From Candidatus Latescibacterota bacterium (GTDB lineage Bacteria > Latescibacterota > UBA2968 > GCA-2709665), in assembly GCA_965219455.1 (NCBI GenBank), contig OZ244744.1, positions 4,544,001 to 4,608,000 on the forward strand: a stretch of 64,000 bases of DNA. The letters are read 5' to 3'. The position numbers and the translations under genes are program-made. Shown piece after piece: positions 39,828 to 49,936 of the stretch. Positions within the stretch are counted from its first letter, which is position 1; every line of letters starts with the position of its first letter. The notes beneath the pieces are model-generated. The model made no database searches. It was not told the origin of the DNA and saw nothing but the letters and a program-made list of their open reading frames with translations.

Positions 39828-41535
39828 TAGCGCGGCTTCGCTTTGCTCAGCCGCAACCAAATAGGTGGTAGTCAAGAGCAGATAGTTTTAGGGTATGCAA
39901 AACGGCGTTCATCCCCTATGATGGTGGTACCCACCGCCATCAATGGAAGGAGGAACGCCGTGAAAGACTTCGTGGACCAATGTAGTGAAAAAATCACCGG
40001 AGTGGTATCCTGTTTTGATCGGGTTCTGTTCAAAGGGTACCTGCCGCTGGGATTTGGAACTGCGATGGAGCGGTTCATCAGCAATCAGGGTTTATTGTTG
40101 AAGGACTTCAAGCGTTTTGTGATGACGCATTCCGATACGATCAAAGCCCACGCGGAGGCGATGGCAAACAAGCACGAGCGCCCGTTCATCTATCTGCAAC
40201 GCAACACCATCAGGAAAGAGGACGAAGCGCGACGGTTGGCAAAACACGATGGGATCACGCAAGGCCTGGTCTGTGTGTTTCGGGCCCTGGAAGGCTGCCA
40301 GAGTTTCAAGCTGGTTCCAGGGGAAGGAAGGCCTCGCCTGATCAACGCACAACGGAAATGCCTATGCTACTACTTTTACTGGATTGACCGGGAGTTCGGG
40401 TTGATGCATATCCGCATCCAGTCCTGGTTCCCGCTGGTGGTGCAGATCTGTCTCAATGGCCACGAGTTCTTGGCGCGCAAGCTCGAGCAACACGGCATCG
40501 CCTATGAAAAATCAGACAACGCTTTTCTATGGATTGCCGATGTGGACCGGGCGCAACGCTTTGCCGATCGTTTTGTGGGCAAGAATTGGCCGCGCATTCT
40601 CTCGGCGTTCGCCCGCAAGGTCAACCCCCTGCTCAAAGACCTGCTTTCGGGCATGGACTACTACTGGGTCGTTGACCAAGCCGAGTTCGCCACCGACGTG
40701 ATGTTCCAAAGCCCCCACGCCCTGAAGGTGCTGTATGAAAACCTGCTCAGACACACGGTGCTGTGCTTCTCTCCCCAGGACATCTTGACCTTCCTGGGCC
40801 GCAAACTCCACGGCAATTTTCAGGGCGAAGTCCTCACGGACTTCAAAAACAAACGCCACAAAGGCGCAAGAGTCAAACACCGGATGTGCGAGAACTGGAT
40901 TAAAATGTACGACAAACACGGGTGCGTACTACGCGTCGAAACAGTGATCAACCATCCAAGGCAGTTCAAGGTCCGCCGCTGGGGCATACGGCGAGGACAA
41001 CGCGTGATGGGCTGGTATCCCATGGCCAAAGGCGTGGCCAACCTCTACCGCTATCGGGAAATCTCGTTGACGGCCAACCAACGCTACTTTCAGGCGCTGT
41101 CCGCAGCCCCTGACGCCGCTACCGGACATCAAAGCCTCACCACACTGGCGCGGCCACGCAGGCACAAGGGACGTACCTATCGGGGCTTCAACCCCGCCGA
41201 CCCTGCCGACCTCGCCCTGTTTACCGCTGTGTTGAAAGGCGAACACGCCCTGATGGGCTTCCGCAACCAGGACATCCGAACACACCTCTTCCAACATCCA
41301 GCATCCCTGCTGCAACGCACTCGGCACGCCAATGCCACCAGCCGCCGCCTCAAACGCCTACACGTCCGCGGCCTTATTGCAAAAATCCCACGGTCCAGAC
41401 GGTGGCGCGTCACACCCGAAGGGCACAAAATACTCGCCTTGTCTTTGACCCTTTACCATCAACACCCTACAACTAAACAAGCAGCATGAATAATTATCTA
41501 CGCATTTTGCGTAGAAGTCACACTGTAAGACTCTA
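39828..41535 (+). mobile_element. Putative IS-like element with terminal hairpins and no TIRs
   Basis: CTA at both junctions; left hairpin gcggct..agccgc; right hairpin TCTACGCA-ttt-TGCGTAGA; one long ORF inside a cassette leader. Confidence 0.55.
39960..41489 (+). CDS. Uncharacterised putative transposase with C-terminal winged helix
   Basis: GGAGG RBS and GTG start; SCFDRV, WIKMYDK.G.VLRVET.IN, L.RL...GLI.KIP.S.R.RVT. Confidence 0.6.
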   Translation: MKDFVDQCSEKITGVVSCFDRVLFKGYLPLGFGTAMERFISNQGLLLKDFKRFVMTHSDTIKAHAEAMANKHERPFIYLQRNTIRKEDEARRLAKHDGITQGLVCVFRALEGCQSFKLVPGEGRPRLINAQRKCLCYYFYWIDREFGLMHIRIQSWFPLVVQICLNGHEFLARKLEQHGIAYEKSDNAFLWIADVDRAQRFADRFVGKNWPRILSAFARKVNPLLKDLLSGMDYYWVVDQAEFATDVMFQSPHALKVLYENLLRHTVLCFSPQDILTFLGRKLHGNFQGEVLTDFKNKRHKGARVKHRMCENWIKMYDKHGCVLRVETVINHPRQFKVRRWGIRRGQRVMGWYPMAKGVANLYRYREISLTANQRYFQALSAAPDAATGHQSLTTLARPRRHKGRTYRGFNPADPADLALFTAVLKGEHALMGFRNQDIRTHLFQHPASLLQRTRHANATSRRLKRLHVRGLIAKIPRSRRWRVTPEGHKILALSLTLYHQHPTTKQAA

Positions 41536-41594
41536 AATCCAAAGCTCGAGATAATTATCAACCATTCGATTGACCGAAAACAAGGGAGGCGAGA

Positions 41595-41711
41595 ATGTTC
41601 GGCATAGGTCTTTGGGAAATCCTGCTTGTCCTCCTCTTGGGCATGATAGGTTTCTGGCTGTGGATGCTCATTGAATGTGCAGTTAAGGAACCGTCCACTA
41701 AACTGGGGTAA
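41595..41711 (+). pseudogene. Small membrane protein 5' stub (PLDc_N-like)
   Basis: GGAGG RBS; MFGIGLWEILLVLLLGMIGFWLWMLIECAVKEPS, then an abrupt stop. Confidence 0.45.
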
Positions 41712-41731
41712 CCCCAGAGAGAGGTGACGCG

Positions 41732-43108
41732 ATGGTACCCTGGATCTTCGTGCACAATCCCCTGGAGCACTGGCTGGACGACTACCCGCGCATCTTCGAC
41801 GCGTGGGAGGCGGGAGGGGTGGGCGGCATCGTGGTGGGACGGATGTGGCTCAGGAACGAGGCCGGCATGCCGTTGTGGGGGGACACCCTCACCCCCTCGT
41901 TTGCGGCGGACCCAAAGGTGTACGCCGCGTTCGGCATCAAGCCGCCCCCGGAAACGGCCCGCACCCCCGAGAGGGAGAAGCAGCTCCACGCGCTCCTCGA
42001 CAACGCCGCCTCCCGGGGCTGGCACATCATGATCTTCGACTCCAGAGACGGGCTCCGGCTGCTCTACCAGCGGGGCCAGGGTACCACCAGCGGCCTAGCC
42101 GAGGAGGAGGACCCTTTCGGGGCCATCGAGGTGGCCGCCGGGGTGCACGACCTGGCCAGTGCCTATCCCCAGGCCCACGGCGTCATCCTGGACCAGCCCG
42201 GTGAGACCTTCTACGAACTTGCCTTCCATCGGGGTAAGGCCCTACTGGAACTGGACGGTCGCATGCGGCACCGCTTGGAAGCCATCGGCGCCGATGTGGA
42301 GCGCGTCGCCCGCGGCATGGCGCACCTGAACGAGCGTTTCCACAACCTGACTCCGGATCTGGTGCGCTACCACGCGTCCGGCGGCATGCTGGGGGCACTG
42401 AACCTGTTCGACCTGAACGAGGATGCCCTGTACTGGCTGCGCGCCCGCCGCGAAGCGGCGCGGGGGTTCATGCGCGCCGTGCACGCGCAGATGCAGAGAG
42501 TGGGAGGGAAGGTGGAGCTGGGGGGCATTCCGCGCACCGCCGCTTTCTCGTCACTGACCGGGCACGAATTTGGCGAGATGGCGGAGTACTTCGACTACGT
42601 CTTCCCCAAGCACTACTTCTGGCACCGCGGGAATGACGGCCTCTACGGCACCATGGCCCGCTGGGTGCAGCAGGTCCTGGACTGGAACCCGACCCTGTTG
42701 GAGGCAGACGGCTTCGCCGTGGTCAAGGCCTTCCTGGGGCTGGAGCTTCCCGGGGTGCAGACCCTGGCGGACATGGAACTGGGGTTCCCCGAGGAGTTCT
42801 ACTCGGAGCTGGTGTACAACGAGACGCGCCGAGCGCTGGAGGCCATCGGGGATGTGAACAAGGTGATCGCCTGGGTGTCGACGGGGCGCCGTCCGCACGG
42901 GGGCGAGCCCATGACCGCCCGCGACCTGCACGGCATCCTGACCGCCTCCGAGCGGGCCGGCCTGCAGCGCTTCCTGTTCCAGCCGGACCCTGATCTGAGC
43001 GCCCCCGAATGGAGCGTGATCTCCGACCTGTGCGGCAAGCGCTGGCACCCGAGCCGCGACGGGTACTGGCCCTCGGACTCCAGCAGGCCCGACGCGTTCA
43101 GCAGGTAG
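41732..43108 (+). CDS. Uncharacterised protein, paralog of 29101-30414
   Basis: 458-aa ORF with high GC3 and shared motifs. Confidence 0.75.
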   Translation: MVPWIFVHNPLEHWLDDYPRIFDAWEAGGVGGIVVGRMWLRNEAGMPLWGDTLTPSFAADPKVYAAFGIKPPPETARTPEREKQLHALLDNAASRGWHIMIFDSRDGLRLLYQRGQGTTSGLAEEEDPFGAIEVAAGVHDLASAYPQAHGVILDQPGETFYELAFHRGKALLELDGRMRHRLEAIGADVERVARGMAHLNERFHNLTPDLVRYHASGGMLGALNLFDLNEDALYWLRARREAARGFMRAVHAQMQRVGGKVELGGIPRTAAFSSLTGHEFGEMAEYFDYVFPKHYFWHRGNDGLYGTMARWVQQVLDWNPTLLEADGFAVVKAFLGLELPGVQTLADMELGFPEEFYSELVYNETRRALEAIGDVNKVIAWVSTGRRPHGGEPMTARDLHGILTASERAGLQRFLFQPDPDLSAPEWSVISDLCGKRWHPSRDGYWPSDSSRPDAFSR

Positions 43109-44146
43109 GCATGCGCCCGTTGCGGGACTTATCTGCGGGATTCGTCGCTTCGCCGACTCGGGGAATCGACGTCCCCAGGAACCGGCTAATCACAACGTGA
43201 TTCACCCAATGCGCCGGAAGGCCCGATCCGCCGCGACCCCTTGGCAACGGACGCCACAGGCCCTGATCCCCGGCCGGCGTTTCCTCCCTGGCACATTGAC
43301 ATCAGGAGACCCCTTACGTATCGTTCAGAGAGATATGACACGTAAGGGAGACTTGACCATTTGTTGCCATCCTGGTCCTGTCTTCTCGCGTTTCCTCGGG
43401 TCTCTGATCTGCCCCTGCGAGCGCATCATGCTGTTGCTGGCATTGGGCGCCCGTCAATGTCAGTGGTAGCCTGGGCAGAAGTTGGGTTGGGGCATTACAA
43501 TTCTTGGCTCCAATGTCCTTGGTGCTTCTATCTATTTCTTATTTCGAAGACCTAAGCGGATTCGGGAACGCAATCAGGAATCACTTGAGCCGTAGCGAAC
43601 ATATCGAGCCTCCCATACACTTCGTGCGTGGTGCTCCGAAGTGACGGCCTCGGACATCGACGTAGAAGATCTGTATTGTCGGGCCATGAGCGCCGTCGCA
43701 AAATAAAGCGCTCCTGGACCCACCTCAACACCACTACCCACACATTGGCCTGTGTCACACCGGTTGCTTGATTTTTACACCTATCGAAGTGGCGAAAAGG
43801 CGACGGAGAAAATTGAATATCCGGCGGAATGCACCTTCGTCTTGTCCAAAAGCTCACTTGCTAATGACTTGACTATGCCGAAGGCTGCGCCCCTACCCAG
43901 AGGGCATGCCGCTAAGTTCGGGATCACTTTGCTCGCGTGCCGCTTGGAGGGGCCACTGCCCTTGCTGGTCCTGACGTGAAGGTTTTGGAGAGATGTCGTG
44001 ATCTCTTCGGTATTGCCTAGGGCTAAACCATTTTTTCGAATCGGATCTCAGGTCATCCCAATCAGATGAGAGGAACCAAACCTATGTCGCACGCTGTATG
44101 TACGCGCCGATCTCCAGGACCGAGAGGGGCGCCACCCCGATGCGAC

Positions 44147-44301
44147 TTCTGCTAACACGGGCTATTCGCTCCGGTCGCTTCGCTCCCTCCGGCCCTTCGG
44201 GCACATTCCCCTTTGTCACGTCGCTTGCTGAGAGACGCAAGCGCCGCGCCAATCCGGCTTCGCCGGACCGGGGAACGTCGTATAGCCCGGGAACGTTATC
44301 T
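44147..44301 (+). repeat. attC-like site (long type)
   Basis: cgggctat/atagcccg arms; GTT at 44295. Confidence 0.85.
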
Positions 44302-44330
44302 GCAATTGCCCCAGAGATCGCGATGTCTAC

Positions 44331-44870
44331 GTGAAAACACCTCAACCCCCATCGAAGTGTTGGTTGCATAGCGAAGTGGGAGTCCGAAGATCCGAGATTG
44401 AGGGATCCGGTCTTTTCGCTGAGACCTTAATCACTGCCGGCACGAGGATTCTGCAGTTCGGCGGCGAGATTATCTCTCGAGATAACCTGCTGAAGATGAT
44501 CTCCGCAAGAGAAAGCAACCCTGATCTGCCTTACGTTGACAGTATCAGCGTTGCTGAAGGTCTTGATCTGTTCATTGTACCGAGACAGCAAGTCCATTTC
44601 TTGAATCACAGCTGTGATCCGACTGTTTGGCACGTTGATGCCTTCACTCTGGAATCCCGGAGAGACATACTAAAAAACGAAGAGATTTCAGTAGACTATG
44701 CCACGCAGGCGGATAGTTTTGAGTTCGCGATGAACTGCAATTGTGATTCATCCGAGTGCCGCGGTCTGATTACCGGAGAGGATTGGATGTCAACAATCCT
44801 TCGCACTCGGTACGGCGATCATTGGGTTCCGGTTTTACTCGCTCGAATTCGGGCAACCAAAAACGTTTAA
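44331..44870 (+). CDS. SET domain protein
   Basis: S.IEG.GLFA, FLNHSCDP, EEISVDY, post-SET CNC.S.ECRG. Confidence 0.9.
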   Translation: MKTPQPPSKCWLHSEVGVRRSEIEGSGLFAETLITAGTRILQFGGEIISRDNLLKMISARESNPDLPYVDSISVAEGLDLFIVPRQQVHFLNHSCDPTVWHVDAFTLESRRDILKNEEISVDYATQADSFEFAMNCNCDSSECRGLITGEDWMSTILRTRYGDHWVPVLLARIRATKNV

Positions 44871-44928
44871 TAAAAAACACTGAAGACGACTTCGAGATTC
44901 TTAACGCATCGCATTAGCTAGGGACAAC

Positions 44929-45019
44929 TGCAGCTAACACGTCGGGCTGCGGCTCCGGCCCTTTCGGGCCTCCGCAGCAACCTGCTGGCGCAGGTTCGCA
45001 GCCCGCGGGAACGTTATAA
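44929..45019 (+). repeat. attC-like site
   Basis: TGCAGCTAAC approximates GTTATCTGCA (44295); GTT at 45013. Confidence 0.85.
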
Positions 45020-45209
45020 GCCATGCCAGCGTTCCTCCAAAAGCAGGCGGCCGTCCTGGCCGCCCAAGAGAATCTCACTACGTTCTTCAGTAGCGGAAAT
45101 TTCGCTTGAAGAACTTAATTAAGATATGTAGATTTATAGCAGGTCTATAGGTGACCAATCGCAGCAGAATTGAACCGTCTTTACCATATTAAAAACAATA
45201 TGATATATA

Positions 45210-45695
45210 ATGATTCCTAAGGTCAACATCGAGACATCTATTCCCAGTTTCTATTACGAAACACGTACAGAACCCGAGATGGCTGCAAAGCGGACTTGGA
45301 CACGCCAGTGGTGGGACGAACGGCGTGAGGGTTATGAGATTTTCACCAGTGAAGCGGTTATCGATGAACTCAGTGGAGGAGAGTATCCTAACAAGGACCG
45401 AGTATTGGCCCTGGTTGCTCCTTTGCCACTGCTGCCAATTGAACGAGAAATCGCTGAGATTGTAGAAGCATATATCCAACACCAGATGATGCCTAGTGAT
45501 CCCCTGGGCGATGCACTCCATCTTGCTACAGCCTCTTATCATAAGTGTGAATTTTTGCTCACATGGAATTGCAATCATCTGGCTAACGCGAATAAGTTTG
45601 CCCACATCAAGCGAGTCAACACTATTCTTGGCTTATATGTGCCCACGTTGGTGACTCCGCTGGAACTCCTAGGAGATATTGAAGATGAAAGATGA
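45210..45695 (+). CDS. PIN-domain (VapC-like) protein
   Basis: IETSIPSFY, S..VIDE, DALHLA.A, LLTWNC.HLAN motifs. Confidence 0.88.
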   Translation: MIPKVNIETSIPSFYYETRTEPEMAAKRTWTRQWWDERREGYEIFTSEAVIDELSGGEYPNKDRVLALVAPLPLLPIEREIAEIVEAYIQHQMMPSDPLGDALHLATASYHKCEFLLTWNCNHLANANKFAHIKRVNTILGLYVPTLVTPLELLGDIEDER

Positions 45696-45855
45696 TCCGA
45701 CCATTCGTAGGATTCGTGAAGTGCGTCATAGGATTTCGGAGCAATGTGATCACGACCCAGAGAAATTGGTGGCGTATTACATAAGACGCCAGAAAGAGCA
45801 TCCTGAGAAGCTGGTGCGGAAAAGTAGAGAAGAATCGGTGAAACGGGAGACATAA
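45685..45855 (+). CDS. Small putative antitoxin partner
   Basis: MKDDPTIRRIREVRHRIS..CDHD..KL..YY (56 aa), overlapping the PIN gene. Confidence 0.6.
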   Translation: MKDDPTIRRIREVRHRISEQCDHDPEKLVAYYIRRQKEHPEKLVRKSREESVKRET

Positions 45856-45974
45856 TCCCTCGTTCTTCTTTCAAGATTTCCGCTGAATAATTCATTTAGC
45901 GGAAATTCTGTTTCAGCGACAAAGCGGCCTTGCCATCCGTGGCAAGGCCGCCCCCGCCCCCCGGCTGGCACAAC

Positions 45975-46058
45975 ACATAACACGTCCGTGCCCGGCTACG
46001 GGCCATACGGCCCTTCGCGCAACCGCTTCGCGGTTCGGGCACGGCGAAAACGTTAGCC
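45975..46058 (+). repeat. attC-like site
   Basis: ACATAAC...ccgtgcccg/cgggcacgg...GTT at 46052. Confidence 0.88.
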
Positions 46059-46169
46059 GCAATTAATAGAGCATTGATTTCCATACGTAGTTAGACAGCA
46101 CGAGACAGCCTGTCCGCACTTTTACAGTCCAATTGCGACGCAATTCTTACAGCAACACAAGAGGATATA

Positions 46170-47090
46170 ATGAGTATTGCTACTGAACCCTGCCCTGGGC
46201 AGCTACGCCACCACTCTTACGCCGTGGTGCGCGGTTTGTTCGACGCAGCGACGACAAAACGGCTGCGCGAGATCTGTGAGCGAGTGCTGGAACAGTGGCG
46301 GCGCGCTCCTCGCTGTGACAATCCACCGGTGGGGCCCCAGGCCAATTACATGAGGCACCTGAACGACCCGGAATATCACCGCGATCACCCCGACGATCTC
46401 GCCTTTCTGCTCAATGCCATGGGGTCGCCCCAAGTTGTCGAATCGCTGAGCGCAGCCTTGGATGAAGAATTCCTCTTCGCCTTGAGCAGTCTCTACTGTA
46501 ATCCGACCGGAGAAAGCCAGGACGGATTTTGGCACAAGGACAAGATCGGTGCAGAAGCAGACGTATCCCGGAGACCGGAGACCGGAGCCGGGTTGCAGAT
46601 GCAAATCGCATTGGTCCCTACCGACGATCTCGAATTGGTGCCGGGGTCTCACCTGCGTGACTACTCCCCCGAAGAGCACGCGATCTGCGTCGCCGATGAT
46701 GGGATCCACAACCGCTCGAACGATATGCCTGGCGCCGTTCGTCTCCACCAGGAACCCGGTGACGCGGTGCTGTTTACCCAGTTGTGCATTCATCGGGGCC
46801 GCTATCACACCGACAAGCTCAGGCGCTCGTTGATGATCTCGGTAAAAAAACGGGCCGCCGCAGAGTTCACGATGCGCCAGCGGGGGCTGAACTACGCCAG
46901 TGACCAGCCATGGTTTTTGCTGCCGCAATACTTCGATGGCGTCAGTGAGGATGCGCGAGCGTTCTTCCAGGAATTCGTCGGCTTCTACGCCCCGCATTGG
47001 CGCGCCCGGCTGACGGAGGTGTTGAAGTACTCGAGTCTGGTACAAAGCCTGGTGGAAGCCGGCGAGCCGTACCCGTTTTTTGGTGAATGA
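46170..47090 (+). CDS. PhyH-family dioxygenase, copy 2
   Basis: Identical translation to 6947-7867. Confidence 0.85.
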   Translation: MSIATEPCPGQLRHHSYAVVRGLFDAATTKRLREICERVLEQWRRAPRCDNPPVGPQANYMRHLNDPEYHRDHPDDLAFLLNAMGSPQVVESLSAALDEEFLFALSSLYCNPTGESQDGFWHKDKIGAEADVSRRPETGAGLQMQIALVPTDDLELVPGSHLRDYSPEEHAICVADDGIHNRSNDMPGAVRLHQEPGDAVLFTQLCIHRGRYHTDKLRRSLMISVKKRAAAEFTMRQRGLNYASDQPWFLLPQYFDGVSEDARAFFQEFVGFYAPHWRARLTEVLKYSSLVQSLVEAGEPYPFFGE

Positions 47091-47168
47091 GAAGTCTGTC
47101 TGAATGAGTTAGCGGCTACATTTTGATACATAAGGCCCCGACAATGAACGGATACGAATTAATCACGA

Positions 47169-47270
47169 CGGCTAACACCGGCTTTACGCTTCGGGGCATC
47201 CGCCCCTCGGCCCTGCGGGCACATGGGCCTTTGGGACTGGCCCACGTCGTAAAGCCAAGAACCGTTAACC
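47169..47270 (+). repeat. attC-like site (copy of 7946)
   Basis: Same sequence as the 7946 site; GTT at 47264. Confidence 0.85.
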
Positions 47271-47447
47271 GAAAGCGGCGCAAGTGTTCCCAGCCACATT
47301 ACCCCAAAAAATCGCGCACAAAAGGCAACAACCACCTTATTTTGAAGTCTTCCACGGCGAATAAACTGTATCAAGTTTTTCGGCTACGAATGGAATATGC
47401 CGAACTTTCTCCGCAGAATCACAAGTCAGGCCGTGCGGAGGTCCACT

Positions 47448-48575
47448 ATGAAGTGGGAACTGCTGCATCCGGACCAGGAGCAAGCCGAGGATGTACCCTG
47501 TAGGCGGGCGGCCTTCGGCGGGATGTTGAGCTACAATGGATGCGTCTACCTGTTCGGGGGGATAAAAGTGATGTACGGCCGGCCGAAAGGGCCTGGAGAT
47601 CTTTCCGTCCAGGGCTCATTGAACGACCTGTGGCGCTACGACCCGGATCGAGGCCGGTGGACGCGGTTGGAAGACCACGATGGGCGCATCGGGTTCAGAC
47701 CGTCCGATACCAGACCGTGTACCCGGAAGCTCACGACCTGGCTGCCCGTGAACGGCAGGCTTTATCTTTTTGGCGGGTCCTCAGTGCGGGGCCCCGGCAA
47801 GAGGGAGATCAAGCTGAACGATCTCTGGGCCTACGATCCGAAGACAGCCTCGTGGGAGCTGTTAGAGCCCGACGACGGGCGGGCATCAGGAATAACGGCG
47901 GATGGGCATCGTCCCGCCGGTTCGGGCGGGATGGGGGCGGCCGTTCTGGGTGATTACCTGTATCTGATGGGGGGACATGGCGCGATGACGCACGCACAGC
48001 TGTGGACCTACAAGGCGCCGGCCGGGAAATGGGAGCACCTGGGGCCTGCATCGAATGGACGCAACGGTTGGCCGCCGAAACGATACTGTCCCGTGCTGGC
48101 CGGCTGGAACGGCAGGCTCTACCTGTGGGGCGGTCGGGACAGTCAGGGTCGAGCGCCGGAGTTCTACAACGATCTGTGGGAATACGATCCCGACGGAGGC
48201 GCCTGGACCTGCATTCAGGAGAACCGGTCGGATGATGTTGCACGGCCTTCCCCTCGGTACGGGCTGGGATACGCTGTGATCGGAGATCACCTGTATCTGT
48301 TCGGAGGATTTGCAGGAGGGGAAGGGGAGCACCCCCAGCTGAACGATCTGTGGCAGTACGATCTTCGTGCCGGCCGGTGGGACTGTCTATATCCACACAA
48401 CGGTGCGGAGGATTACTCTGCTGGCGCCGAACGTCCCGGTGTCAGGCGAATCCCCGTTATGACAGTGGGGGGCGAGTCCGTCTATCTCTTCGGGGGGCTG
48501 GATCTGGCTACCGGGCCGCACGGGGACGGGCCGCTGGCGGCGTACAACGATTTCTGGCACGGAACACCGGCCTGA
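47448..48575 (+). CDS. Kelch-repeat protein, copy 2
   Basis: Near-identical to 35268-36395. Confidence 0.9.
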   Translation: MKWELLHPDQEQAEDVPCRRAAFGGMLSYNGCVYLFGGIKVMYGRPKGPGDLSVQGSLNDLWRYDPDRGRWTRLEDHDGRIGFRPSDTRPCTRKLTTWLPVNGRLYLFGGSSVRGPGKREIKLNDLWAYDPKTASWELLEPDDGRASGITADGHRPAGSGGMGAAVLGDYLYLMGGHGAMTHAQLWTYKAPAGKWEHLGPASNGRNGWPPKRYCPVLAGWNGRLYLWGGRDSQGRAPEFYNDLWEYDPDGGAWTCIQENRSDDVARPSPRYGLGYAVIGDHLYLFGGFAGGEGEHPQLNDLWQYDLRAGRWDCLYPHNGAEDYSAGAERPGVRRIPVMTVGGESVYLFGGLDLATGPHGDGPLAAYNDFWHGTPA

Positions 48576-48604
48576 TAGGGCATTTCTTAAAGGAGATTCC
48601 GTAG

Positions 48605-48695
48605 TTGCATGCGAAGACCGAAGTCGATCCGATCCGGTTCGAGGTGATCCGCAACGCGCTGCTGAAAGCGACGGAGGAGATGGCGATTGCGCTAC
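48605..48695 (+). pseudogene. Hydantoinase B/oxoprolinase N-terminal stub
   Basis: AGGAG RBS; VDPIRFEVIRNALLKATEEMAIAL, then unrelated sequence. Confidence 0.6.
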
Positions 48696-48860
48696 TGGAA
48701 TTCATGCCGAGATCCCATTTCACGGTTGAGGAACTTGACACGTTCGAGGCCAAAGTTGAGCGAGGGAAGCCCTTACTCTCACCCCTGGCCTACAAAGCGA
48801 CCAAGGCAGGAATAGGATCGAAACGCCTTACCATAGCCTCGTAGGGAGAGAGGTGACTTC

Positions 48861-48941
48861 ACATAACACGACCGTGCCCGGCGACGGGCTGCGCCCTTCG
48901 CGCAAACGCTACGCGGTTCGGGCACGGCGAGAACGATATCT
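48861..48941 (+). repeat. attC-like site followed by a G|AT core
   Basis: ccgtgcccg/cgggcacgg arms; GATATC at 48935. Confidence 0.8.
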
Positions 48942-49032
48942 TGAAGAGACCAAAATCACAGTATCGGCCTGCAAATCAAGATAACAAGGTTTGTTATCAA
49001 ACACCCGAATTAACAACCGCATGGAGGACCCA

Positions 49033-49230
49033 ATGAGGTACAAAGTTGCCCTTCATAAATCCGACGAAGGCTTTAGCGTTTCGGTGCCTGGCTTGCCAGG
49101 TTGTTGGTCACAAGGAAACACGGAAGATGAGGCGGTTGCAAACATCGAAACAGCAATTCGTGAATATCTTACTGTCGTTGACGATCTGTTAGATGGCGCG
49201 GAGATACGAGAGATCGAGTTGACGGTATAG
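49033..49230 (+). CDS. hicB: HicB-family antitoxin
   Basis: EGFSVSVPGLPGCWSQG.TE.EA..NI..AI.EYL. Confidence 0.88.
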   Translation: MRYKVALHKSDEGFSVSVPGLPGCWSQGNTEDEAVANIETAIREYLTVVDDLLDGAEIREIELTV

Positions 49231-49231
49231 G

Positions 49232-49303
49232 ATGCCAAAAATTCCAGGTGTCAGCCATTTGAATGCCGTGCGAGCTTTTGAGAAAGCGGGGTTTCGCATT
49301 TGA
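49232..49303 (+). pseudogene. hicA: HicA toxin 5' stub
   Basis: MPKIPGVSHLNAVRAFEKAGFRI, then stop. Confidence 0.65.
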
Positions 49304-49643
49304 TGTGTTCAACCCGAGCCTGTCATGGCACCGTCTCGATCCTGACAGGTGGTCCCCGGTCAAGACCATCTCAGATCCACGAACAGGTTATCGGCTCCGC
49401 ATTGAATTACAGGGGCGGTACGACCGTGCGCTTCAGGTAAGTGCAGGCACGTACCGGATTCTCGACGAAGCCGACCAAGAGGTCTCTCGGCATGAGTTGC
49501 GATTAAGAATGCTGTTCCCCGCCGAGCTTGAAGCTCTACTTCACTACAATGGATTTCTCATTGAATCCCGAGTTGGGAACTTCGACGGCGCGGCATTCTC
49601 CGGTAACGCGAGCAAGCAAGTGGTCACCTGCAAGATTCGATAG
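49304..49643 (+). pseudogene. Methyltransferase-like C-terminal fragment
   Basis: FDVFNP...LRM.FP.EL..LL.YNGF......G.FDG..F. Confidence 0.55.
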
Positions 49644-49741
49644 AGAGCAGCGCAACGCCAAATGACTGAGAGCCATTCCAGAGGCACAACGGGCAGAGAG
49701 CCAAAAACCTTTCGGGCGTGCATTGTGTTCCAGCACCCTTA

Positions 49742-49903
49742 GAAGCTGTTTTAAAATCCCCGGTGAGTTCCCGAGCGCAAGCGAAAAGGTATCGGTCCAG
49801 GCGGCCGAATCCGCCCGTATCTAGGGATACGGGCGGATTTGGCCAACGCCGACCGACGCATTTGCAGCCGCGCGAAGACCGCTGGGGGTTTTAAAACAGC
49901 TTC
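49742..49903 (+). mobile_element. MITE (IS5-family-like ends)
   Basis: TIR GAAGCTGTTTTAAAA / TTTTAAAACAGCTTC, TTA duplication, internal 14-bp hairpin. Confidence 0.75.
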
Positions 49904-49936
49904 TTAGGGCTTGGCCTGAAGGGGGCGCGCCGCAAT

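Noticed and set aside
43110-44140. Short ORFs in the ~1-kb stretch before the 44147 attC
   Set aside because: No recognisable motifs or consistent frame; probably decayed cargo.
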